Shown here piece after piece: positions 9,340-19,029 of a stretch of 20,000 bases of DNA (positions within the stretch are counted from its first letter, which is position 1; every line of letters begins with the position of its first letter). The notes beneath the pieces are model-generated. The model worked only from the letters and a program-made list of their open reading frames with translations, searched no databases and had not been told where the DNA came from. The position numbers and the translations under genes are program-made. The DNA comes from Chiloscyllium plagiosum (Eukaryota): NCBI RefSeq assembly GCF_004010195.1, contig NC_057717.1, positions 106,509,517 to 106,529,516 of the forward strand, given 5' to 3'.

Positions 9340-10890
9340 CTTCCAAATAAACCTGTTGTACTATAACCTGGTGTTGGCTGATTTTTAATTTTGTACACCC
9401 CAGTCCACCACCAGTGTGTCTAAATCATTCCAAAGGACTGGCATTCTTTTACCTACACAATGTATTTGTCTGAGTTTAGCTGAACCCGGCCTTCCCAGTT
9501 CTCTCTATAGATTTCTGTTGTTGATGGCTGTATCTTTTCATCGACATCATAGAGGTCAGCTATGCACTGGCTCCCTTACATTCTCTGTAAATCTTACCTA
9601 TTATCTGTTGGAATGTATCCTGGTTCACTGCAAGGCTATCACATGAATAGGGAATGAACAAATGCTGTCAACAGAAAATATTCCTTTTTAAACTTCATGT
9701 TCTAATAGCATTTAATCCATCAAATTTGCTAAAAACTTTGACCGTATCAATGCTGGCATGGTCTCATGCATCAATAGATTTGTTGCTGGTTCAATGTGAT
9801 GTGAAACTCAAATTCTTCAGAGTACCCAGGCATCCCATACAAACACTCTGGGCCAAAGTTACTACACAAAAGAAGAAAAACAAAGCTATGTCTTTGACAA
9901 TTTAGAAAGATCTTAAGACAGATAGTAAAGTTTCAATCACTATCCTTTAGAGGTACTCAGTCTCAGAGAAATATTACGCCTAGCTCAACTCTTTCATTTC
10001 TTACTTTACTGACTTCTCAGTTCTCCTTCCTGGATTGCTGGGACCTTTTTACCATTTAAATCAGAATGCTGACATGAACCTATTTCAATCCTAATGCCCT
10101 AAACCTCTTTTCAATTCTAACAACTTGAAGACCCATCAACTCACAAACTTCAGTTGGGTTGATTGCTTCTCCTGATCTGAAAACCAGTTCTTCCGCTGGG
10201 AGTAAATTGTTCTCCTGAACTGAACTCCCAACACTTAGGAAGGAAACTCCAATCAGCCCTAAACGCAGTAGTACAAACATTTCGTTCATTAAGATCGCAG
10301 ATAGCAGATATTCTACTAGACAGTTAACTGACTGAGTAAAAAGGATCTGCCTTCACAGAAATCACATCGCTAGTTCCCTGTTCTAACCACCATCTGACCT
10401 CCTAATACAGTGGTTACTGCACAGAATTGAACACTACATTGCCTCTAATTGTAAAAAAAAATCACATTCCACTTTAACTCACACTAAAGAAAGACTGGGC
10501 CAGGCTACTGAAAATCCATGTAGCTCCGGCTGCATTTTCTTTTCTGATTGGACCTTTTCCCTGTTCAAGTGTATGTCGAACTGCCTTCTATGTGAGCTCC
10601 TTGAAACACCATTCTCTTTCAGACACGGAAATACACACTGATCATCCTCGTCAACTCTCACTGCTCCATCATTAATGTACTCACTTTCCCTCAGAACCAT
10701 CCCTGCCCTCCTGGGTGTAAGGCTCTGTCTGTGACACAGAGGGAGGAGGGATAGGGGGAATCTTCCATCTTCACCCCCCACTCCCCCGAGAGCGGGCTCA
10801 GGGTTGGAGCCGGGACATTATAACAACAACCCGAGGCGCTACCCGGCTCCAGCCTCAGCAAATAGGGAGATTAAAAATATTTATAATTAC

Positions 10891-10957
10891 CTGTCCCGGT
10901 AAAAGCCAGGAAAAAGAGGTAACCTCCTGCAAAGCGCGGAGACAGTTGGAAATCCAT
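10891..10957 (-). CDS. Putative first coding exon encoding a signal-peptide-like leader (MDFQLSPRFAGGYLFFLAFTGT, phase 1)
   Basis: Good Kozak context gcgATGG, 67 nt of coding sequence, donor CAG/GTAATT, hydrophobic stretch YLFFLAF, lies in non-repetitive CpG-retaining DNA; no downstream exon identified. Confidence 0.5.
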
Positions 10958-11086
10958 CGCTAAATGGTCCCGAGCAGCAGCCAATCCTAGGAGAAAGCTG
11001 GGTACTGCTGGCTCTATGCGGAAACTGGACCTTTCCAAGCTTCTGCAGGGCAGTAAATGGGCCAACAGACTGCATTGTTTTACTGA

Positions 11087-11294
11087 GTTTTCATCAACTT
11101 TCTAATAGCGTTTCCGATTTTTTTCCACAGAGAGTTCTGGCAACTTGGCTAAACTGACGTCAACATGTTATTTTAACCTTTCTGTTTCTCTGGATACAGA
11201 TGAATCCGTTAAAATTATCTCGATCTTTACTCGAAGGCATTTAACATTGAAAGTAAAATTCTGCGGAAAACCGTGTTAAATAGCGAACACTGCT
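11087..11294 (+). repeat. Local duplication, copy 1 (copy 2 at about 11963-12468)
   Basis: Shared TTTTCATCAACTTTCTAA, TTAAAA.TATCTCGA.CTT.ACT.GAAGGCATTTAAC.TTGA.AGTAAA.TTCT and AAAACC.TGTTAA.TAGC.AA. Confidence 0.8.
11155..11162. promoter_or_regulatory. Palindromic CRE (CREB/ATF) site in the putative promoter
   Basis: Perfect TGACGTCA about 200 bp upstream of the putative minus-strand ATG, within CpG-retaining sequence. Confidence 0.4.
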
Positions 11295-12115
11295 CTGAAT
11301 AATACATGTTGGAATCATAGGTTTCAGGAATGGCATGATTGGCAGACACATGTCTGGGTTCTCACTGGTACCCTTTCACAAATACCACTCTGTTTCTTTG
11401 GCAGAGAGACCATCTTACAGAGGTATGTAATCTGTAACAAATGAATAAAACATGGAAAGAAAAACATTTAAATTGACAACAGGAGACTAAATGCTGCTGC
11501 TGAGCTCCATCACATCTGCTACCTTTGTCAGTCTGGGTGATAGATGTTGGGTGTTTGGAAGGTTTGGAATAAATATTTTGGGAAAAGATCTGTGCTGACT
11601 CCACAGCATATTCTATTGTTTTATCTGCTAATTGGGAAAATGGAGATTGGATTTTTCTAATTGCCCAGAGACAAAAGTGACAATGTGAAGTTTGAATGTG
11701 AAGTTTTCTTTCTCAGAATGAGATAATGTTGAATGTAGAAACATGTTTGCATTTACACCTGATGAAGGTATGACGGTATCCAGCTTTTCTTAGCTGCTGC
11801 TCTTTATCAACTGTGGTCTATCTCAGCGACCTTCCCATTCACTCTCACTTCACCAGTACCTTCCTCCTTGGTATAGACAGATGCAAAGTACTGATTTTGT
11901 ACCACAGCCAGGCCCTCTGCTTCCATATATTAATTACCATTTTGGTCCTTAATTGTTTCTACTTTTCATCAACTTTCTAACTGCATATCCATTTTTTTTC
12001 CATATTTACACAGACATTGTGTAATTATAATGCCTTTTTTAGACAGAGACAAGTCCATTAAAAATATCTCGAACTTAACTTGAAGGCATTTAACTTTGAC
12101 AGTAAAGTTCTAATA

Positions 12116-12436
12116 GGGTGGCACAGTGGCTCAGTGGTTAGCACTGCTGCCTCACAGTGCCAGGGATCTGAGTTCAACTCCAACCTCAGGCGGCTGTGCG
12201 TGTAGAGTTTGCATGTTCTCCCTGTATCTGCATAGGTTTCCTCCGGGTGCTCCGGTTTCCTCCCACAGTCCAAAGATGTGCAGGTTAGAGTGGATTGGCC
12301 ATGCTAAATTGCCTGTAGTGTTAAGTACATTAGTCAGGGATAAATGTAGGGGAATTGGTCTGGGTGGGTTATTCTTCAGAAGGTCAGTGTGGATTTGTTG
12401 GTCCGAAGGGCTTGTTTCCATACTGTAGGGAATCTA
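12116..12436 (+). mobile_element. HE1-type SINE, full length
   Basis: GGGTGGCACAGTGGCTCAGTGGTTAGCACTGCTGCCTCACAG, B box GAGTTCAACTCC, V-domain, tail GTTTCCATACTGTAGGGAATCTAA. Confidence 0.92.
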
Positions 12437-13049
12437 AATGTAAAACCATGTTAATAGCAAATCTTGCTAAATTATGTTTTACTATTTACAAACCTACAGA
12501 AGACTTTTGCATTTCTTCATATCTTAACTGCCAATCTCCTGTTATTGTCTCTCTTTGCTTCTCTTATTTCTTATTTCACTTCATTTCTGATTTATTTGTA
12601 TTCTACCTTTCTGCTAAAAACCTGATCAGTTGTTCCATTTTCCCATTGTTCCATTTCAATCTGGCCTGCCAATCTTTCAAGTCATTCAGGTAATAAGTTC
12701 CTTGCAAAGGTAACTGGAGCTTAAAGTGGCAGAGGTCCAGGAGCCACAGAGTGGTGGAAAATGCAGTGAATGTTGTTGAATATTGTGTCATTTAGATAAT
12801 TTAAAGCTGAACAGTTTTATTTCATGTATTGCACTTGCGTTTTCTCAACTGAATGTTCATACTGTGAATTGTTGGAGTTGCAGTGACAGAATTAGAAACA
12901 AACCTTCAAATGTTTAGCTTGACTTCATCAGACTACAGGAAGTACATTGAGGATGCTTTTTTTTTTGTACATAGAAATGTGTGTCAAGTTTTTTTGTAGA
13001 AAAAGCACTTATTGTTAACTTATTCCTGTTATCCTTAAATACTGTACTT

Positions 13050-13406
13050 AGAGTCATAAAGATGTACAGCATAGAAACAGATCCTTCGGTCCAACCCGTC
13101 CATGCGGCCAGATATCCCAACCCAACCTAGTCCCACCTGCCAGCACCCGGCCCATATCCCTCCAAACCCTTCCTATTCATATACCCATCCAAATGCCTTT
13201 TACATGTTGCAATTGTACCAGCCTCCATCACTTCCTCTGGCCACTTGTTCCACACACGCACCACTCTCTGCGTGAAAAAGTTGCCTCTTAGGTCTCTTTT
13301 ATATCTTTTCCCTCTCACCCTAAACCTATGCCCTCCTGTACTGGACTTCCCGATCCCAGGGAAAATACTTTGTCTATTTACCCTATCCATGGCCCTCATG
13401 ATTTTG
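13050..13406 (-). mobile_element. CR1 (HER1-like) LINE 3' end
   Basis: Peptide KIMRAMDRVNRQSIFP..GHRFRVRG..DLRGNFFTQRVVRVWN..GTIATCKRHLDGYM plus 3' UTR ending ATGACTCTA. Confidence 0.92.
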
Positions 13407-13599
13407 GTAAAGGATATCATTACAGCTGTACTGTCTAGGAAATTAATGTTTCTCTTGTGTATTGTGACTTTAAATGTAGTAGGTGTGATCATTGTTGCGG
13501 ATATTAATGAATTCTTCTAATTCTGCTTCTGTACAAGTTCAAATACCTGCTAGACCGACACAAATTCAGAAGGTGTTATTACTGATCTATTTTATAGAG

Positions 13600-14385
13600 A
13601 TACAGTCATAGAGATGTACAGCATGGAATCAGACCCTTTGGCCTGACTCATCCATGCTAACCAGATATCCCAATCCAATCTAGTCCCATTTGCCAGCATT
13701 TGGCCCATCTCCCTCCAAATGCTTCCTATTGTACCAGCCTCCACCACTTCCTCTGGCAGCTCATTCCATATGCGCCCCACCTTCTATGTGAAAAAGCTGC
13801 CCCTTAGGTCCCTTTTATATCTTTCCTCTCTCACCCTAATCCTATGCCCTCTAGGTCTGGACTCCCCCAACCCACGGAAAAGACCTTGTCTATTTATCCT
13901 ATCCATGCTCCTCATGATTTTATAAACCTCTATAAGGTCACCCCTCAGCCTCTGATGCTCCAGGAAAAACAGCCCTAGCCTATAGAGCATCTCCCTATAG
14001 CTCAAACTCTACAACGCTGGCAACATCCTTGTAAATCTTTTCTGAATCCTTTCAAGTTTCACAACATCTTTCCGATTGGAAGGAAACTAGAACTGAATGC
14101 AATATTCCAAAAGTGGCCTAACCAATGTCCTGTACAGCTGCAATATGACCTCCCAACTTCTGTACTCAATACTCTGACCAATAAAGGAAAGCATACCAAT
14201 CACCTTCTTCACTATTCTATCTACCTGCAACTCCCCTTTCAAGGAACATTGAACCTGCACTCCAAGGTCTTGTTGTTCAACAACACTCCCCAGGACCTTA
14301 CCATTAAGTGTATAAATCTGCTCTGATTTGCTTTTCCAAAATGCAGCACCTCACATTAATATAAATTAAATTCCATCTGCTATTC
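13600..14385 (-). mobile_element. CR1 (HER1-like) LINE 3' portion
   Basis: Peptide SYREMLYRLGLFFLEHQRLRGDLIEVYKIMR; homologous to 17170-18056. Confidence 0.92.
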
Positions 14386-14569
14386 CTTTGTTATCAAATA
14401 AAAAAGCTTGTGAGGATGAAAATGTAGCTCCTGAAATTTACAATGTAACCTTCAAGAAAATATCAAGGGAATATATTCCGAGTCTTCATCATATGGTTGG
14501 GATCCTGAAATCTATTGATCCTGCAATCTGTTTGCAACTTTGGTATTAACTTCCAATTACGTATCTGCT

Positions 14570-15280
14570 GCACTAGCACAGAAACCATCTATTTCCAGTT
14601 CCATGACATTGCTCTGAGTCTGCTGATTGCTGGTCTCCTGCCCTCTTTACTTGCTGCAGCCGGCACCTTGTTTGTGGCTGCCACTAAACTCACTGCTGCT
14701 TCATTCACAAACTGCTTCTCTCCCACAATCACTCCTGTCCCAACTTATTGGCTCCCGAAGCTTTTATCCAAAACCTTGAACTCACACCAAGTTTCATTTC
14801 CAATCACCTGTGCTCACTAACCTACAATCACTTCCAGTTAAGCAATGCCCCAATTTTAGATTCCTCATCCTTGTTTACAAATACATTCATAGACTCACCT
14901 CCTCCCTATTAATCTCCTTTAATGCTCCAAAGTATCTACACTCCAATGCTGAACTCTCAAACAGCAGTGCTTTTACATGGTCAAGCCCAACGCTCTGAAA
15001 TTCCCTCCCAATCTCTCCACCTTGTCATCTCGTTACCTCCCTCACTTCCTCCTTGAAGACATGCCTTAAAACCTACTTCTTTATCAAGCTTTTGATGATC
15101 TGTCCTGATAACCATGTTTCTCTGTCTACAGAGGCTGCCAGATCTGCAAAGTTTCTGCTGCATTTTTTTTATATCTAATGTCTGCTTATGTCACTCAGTG
15201 TTAACATTTTTAAAAATCCTCTTGTTAAGTATCATGTGAGGTTTTCTATGTGAAAAGCACAATATGAGTGAATGTTGTTT
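14570..15280 (+). mobile_element. Old L2-like LINE 3' portion
   Basis: Peptide similarity IT..LTNLQSLPVKQCPNFRFLILVYK to L2 HITPVL..LHWLPV..RI.FKIL.LV.K; CTCTGAAATTCCCTCCC and CTTAAAACCTACTTCTTT..AAGCTTTTG; small pLTR-like piece near 15115-15170. Confidence 0.65.
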
Positions 15281-15937
15281 CAATTAATTAAATGAAGAGT
15301 CTTTGAACCAGACCAGATTCTCTAAAGACTGAATTAATTCTCTTGCAGATGTGATCCATATTTTAAGATCAAAGAGAACACGATCACACTTTGATCATGT
15401 CCCTATCCTGCACACACTGATGAGTAGCTCATCCTGTGACATAGAATATTGCAATGTCCTTAAACTCTGGAATATTGATTCATCTATTTAATTGCTCACT
15501 GGGAGGAAAAAACATTTGAAGCTGAAAGATTGACATTTCCACAGAAACAAGCTGCTTCCTAAGGAGTATTATGGGCTGCAGCTGCAATTCCAAGAGATCA
15601 CAGAAGTGTCTCAGAGGTGGCATGGTACATTTCCATAGAAGCACTAACTGGTTGGAACAAGAATAATATCTACAAATGACCATTTCCTGTACAGAATTTT
15701 CCGTGTTGTTAACAGCAGTGTTTTCTTGCTCTCTCTCTCTCTCCCCCGCACAAACGACTCAACTTACCAGTTCTAAGTTTAGATAAATGAAACTGGGGCT
15801 GATCTCAATGAGAAACGAAGGTTGAAACATGATGTGTTGCAATTTTTACAAAAAAGCTGAAGAAAATAGCGATGTAAGTGGTAGGGTGGTGTCAGTGTGA
15901 AAACAAACTGTGAAACCCTGACCAATGCACATAAATA

Positions 15938-16281
15938 GTCATAGAATCATAGAGTCATAGAGATGTACAGCATGGAAACAGACCCTTCGGTCCAACCCGT
16001 CCATGCCGACCAGATATCCCAATCTAGTCCCACCTGCCAGCACCTTGCCCATTTCCCTCCAAACCCTTCCTATTCATATACCCATCCAAATGCCTCTTAA
16101 ATGTTGCAATTGTACCAGCCTCCACCACTTCCTCTGCCAGCTCATTCCATACATGTACCACCCTCTCCATGAAAAAGTTGCCCCTTAGGTCTCTTTTATA
16201 TCTTTCCCCTCTCACCCTAAACCTATGCCCTCTGTTCTGGACTCCCTGATCAAGGGAAATGACTTTGTCTATTTATCCTAA
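15938..16281 (-). mobile_element. CR1 (HER1-like) LINE 3' end with 8-bp tail repeats
   Basis: GTCATAGAATCATAGAGTCATAGAG tail; peptide RGERYKRDLRGNFFMERVVHVWNELAEEVVEAGTIATFKRHLD. Confidence 0.92.
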
Positions 16282-16334
16282 TAGCTTTGAAAAGATTCTA
16301 CAGATTCCTCTGTTCAAAGTGCAAATACCATATA

Positions 16335-16843
16335 CAGAGGAACCTCGATTATCCCAATATCAATTATCCGAATATCAGATTATCTGAAGGGGATCTCAAG
16401 GTCCTGATAGAAACATTACATCAAAGAGCTGTTTCAACCCTGATTGCATCTTTTGTTTACAGGTACAGTGACTAAAAACGAACTCAGCTCACTGAAATGC
16501 TGCCAAGAACAGTCCTGGACAGTCCAGGCACCGTCTCTGAATAACTGACCTTCCACCCTCTCTCTCTGCCCCAACTCCCTGGAGTTCTACACAGGGATGA
16601 CCCCTAAACCCCCCTTCCCCAGATAATCTCTCCAACATTGTCCTGTACAGGGCAGAGGTGGAACCTGTCAAAAAGTTGTGTGTTCATGTGCATGTGTGCG
16701 TGTGTGTAGTCTGACTTTTGGTGTATAGTCCGGCTGCCCTGGGGGAGGTCAGCTGGGAAGGCAGGGCTGCAGATGGGGGTGGAATGGTGGGTGGGATGGA
16801 AGGAGGGGTGGGGTTGGGGCTGCAGGGTTGGGGGTGGGCGGGA
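16335..16843. mobile_element. Probable Tc1/mariner-pogo (Tigger-like) non-autonomous DNA transposon, one end only, cut by the gap
   Basis: TA followed by CAGAGGAACCTCGATTATCC, with subterminal repeats ATTATCCCAA/ATTATCCGAA/ATTATCTGAA; the partner TIR is not visible. Confidence 0.55.
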
Positions 16844-17169
16844 NNNNNNNNNNNNNNNNNNNNNNNNNNNNNNNNNNNNNNNNNNNNNNNNNNNNNNNNN
16901 NNNNNNNNNNNNNNNNNNNNNNNNNNNNNNNNNNNNNNNNNNNNNNNNNNNNNNNNNNNNNNNNNNNNNNNNNNNNNNNNNNNNNNNNNNNNNNNNNNNN
17001 NNNNNNNNNNNNNNNNNNNNNNNNNNNNNNNNNNNNNNNNNNNNNNNNNNNNNNNNNNNNNNNNNNNNNNNNNNNNNNNNNNNNNNNNNNNNNNNNNNNN
17101 NNNNNNNNNNNNNNNNNNNNNNNNNNNNNNNNNNNNNNNNNNNNNNNNNNNNNNNNNNNNNNNNNNNNN
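16844..17169. other. Assembly gap (N run)
   Basis: 326 N bases, preceded by a G-rich tract. Confidence 1.
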
Positions 17170-18056
17170 GTGGACAGTGAAGAGGGTTACCTCAGATTAC
17201 AACAGGATCTTGACCAGATGGGCCAATGGGCTGAGAAGTGGCAGATGGAGTTTAATTCAGATAAATGTGAGGTGCTGCATTTTGGGAAAGCAAATCTTAG
17301 CAGGACTTATACACTTAATGGTAAGGTCCTAGGGAGTGTTGCTGAACAAAGAGACCTTGGAGTGCAGGTTCATAGCTCCTTGAAACTGGAGTCCCAGGTT
17401 GATAGGCTACTGACGAAGGCATTTGGTATGCTTTCCTTTATTGGTCAGAGTATTGAGTACAGGAGTTGGGAGGTCATGTTGTGGCTGTACAGGACATTGG
17501 TTAGGCTATTGTTGGAATATTGCATGCAATTCTGGTCTCCTTCCTATCGGAAAGATGTTGTGAAACTTGAAAGGGTTCAGAAACGATTTACAAGGATGTT
17601 GCCAGGGTTGGAGGATTTGAGCTATAGGGAAAGGTTGAATAGGCTGGGGCTATTTTCCCTGCAGCGCTGAAGGCTGTGGGGTGACTTTACAGAGTTTTAC
17701 AAAATCATGAGGGGCATGGATAGGATAAATAGACAAAGTCTTTTCCCTGGGCTGGGGAGTCCAAAACTAGAGGGCATAAGTTTAGGGTGAGAGGGGAAGG
17801 ATATAAAAGGGACCTAAGAGGCAACGTTTTCATGCAGAGGGTGGTACTGTATGGAATGAGTTGCCAGAGGAAGTGGTGAAGGCTGGTACAATTGCAACCT
17901 TTAAAAGGCATTTGGATGGACATATGATTAGGAAGGGTTTGGAGGGATATGAGCCAAGTGCTGGCAGGTGGGACTAGATTGGGTTGGGATATCTGGCCGG
18001 CATGGATGAATTGGACCGAAGGGTCTGTTTCTGTGCTGTACATTTCTATGACTCTA
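17170..18056 (+). mobile_element. CR1 (HER1-like) LINE ORF2 C-terminus and 3' UTR, relatively young
   Basis: Open frame LQQDLDQMGQWAEKWQMEFNSDKCEVLHFG..RDLGVQV..LEYCMQFWSP..LERVQKRFTRMLPGL; ends TTCTATGACTCTA. Confidence 0.95.
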
Positions 18057-18159
18057 AAGAACTATTTATGATGCATGGCATCCAGATGGACCAGGGATGA
18101 GGCTTGGGATAGACTTGTTCACTCTCACATGAACTGATGACCTCCATCGGTGAATATTT

Positions 18160-18292
18160 GATGCCTGGGAGATAGCCAGTTGACATCAGTGGTTACCGAT
18201 GAGATTGCATACTGCCAGAAAGCACTATTCCCAAGTCCATCATTCCAGACATTGTGTTCAGGGACAATAGCCCCTCATTCTCAGCAGATTGT
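18160..18292 (+). mobile_element. Possible Gypsy LTR-retrotransposon integrase remnant
   Basis: KALF..IPDIVFRDNSPSFSA resembles the integrase core LK.IFARHGIP..IVSDNGPQF.S. Confidence 0.45.
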
Positions 18293-18349
18293 GCAACTTT
18301 GGAACTCTTTGCCTCAGAAGCAGTGGAGTGGGATCATTAAATACTTGTA

Positions 18350-19025
18350 AAGTTGAAAATCACACAACACCAAGTTGTGGTGTGTTCAACAGGTTCATTT
18401 GGAAGCACTAGCTTTTGGAGCGCTGCTCCTTCATCAGGTGGTTGTGAAGCAGGATCATAAGACACAGGATTTTTTGCAAAAGATTACAGTGTCATGCAGC
18501 TGAAATGATATATTGAACAGACCTGGATTGCTGTTAAGTCTTTCGTCTTTTAGAATGGGTTGCGGGTTTTGGTTCATTGATACGTAAATCCCAGAACTAC
18601 TTTTACATCACATTCTTGAGATAACTTAAGGTTTTTATAATACAAGGGTGACATCTCAGCTCAGACAGAGCATTAAAGATGGGAGGTTAGAATCTATATG
18701 ATCCCAGTCTTGAGTCAGACTGGTTCTATTTCCAAAGTGGAATTTATGAAATATTACATGGATTGACTGCCTGCAGATGGTGCACTTTTTGAGCAAAGTA
18801 GAATATATCTGCAAATATAATTCTACAAATGGAAATTCACCCCATAGACTTATACGTGTGTGTGCATGAGAGAGAGAGAGTGTGTGTGAGTGTCTGCATG
18901 TGAGTGTGTGTACATATGAGTATAGGTCCGCGTGAGAGACTGTGTGTTTGGATGTATGTATGTTTGGTAAAGTGTGTGTGTGACTGTTATGGAGTATAAC
19001 CCTGTGAGAGGGTGTGAGAGTGGGA
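18350..19025 (-). mobile_element. Penelope-like pLTR-type repeat related to 8787-9425, with (TG)/(GA)-rich tract; hammerhead mutated
   Basis: AAGTTGAAAATCACACAACACC..GGAAGCACTAGCTTTTGGAGCGCTGCTCCTTCATCAGGTG is homologous to 8787-8970; similarity continues to the reverse complement of 9060-9205; degenerate microsatellite 18855-19025. Confidence 0.8.
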
Positions 19026-19029
19026 GTGA

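Larger units (their letters stand above)
8787..9425 (+). mobile_element. Non-coding Penelope-like element: inverted partial pLTR plus longer pLTR with tail, 14-bp TSD
   Basis: About 180-bp near-perfect inverted repeats (8787-8970 vs 9206-9391); CATTCCAAAGGACT at 8773-8786 and 9426-9439. Confidence 0.88.

Noticed and set aside
10479..10781. 100-aa minus-strand ORF in unique DNA (likewise 7836-8144 and 10080-10289)
   Set aside because: No true ATG start or convincing splice boundaries and no recognisable protein motif
11756..11790. CACCTGATGAAGG hammerhead-like start
   Set aside because: No proper stem II and no GAAA follows
12116..12190. tRNA gene
   Set aside because: The A and B boxes belong to the SINE head and continue directly into the HE1 body
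15417..15440. CTGATGAG hammerhead-like core
   Set aside because: No stem II followed by GAAA
15571..15666. Short ORF MGCSCNSK... with a myristoylation-like start
   Set aside because: Only 31 codons before a stop, with no donor site or other support
16718..17670. Long ORFs spanning 16718-17670
   Set aside because: Artefacts of translating through Ns; only the CR1 ORF2 part after 17170 is meaningful
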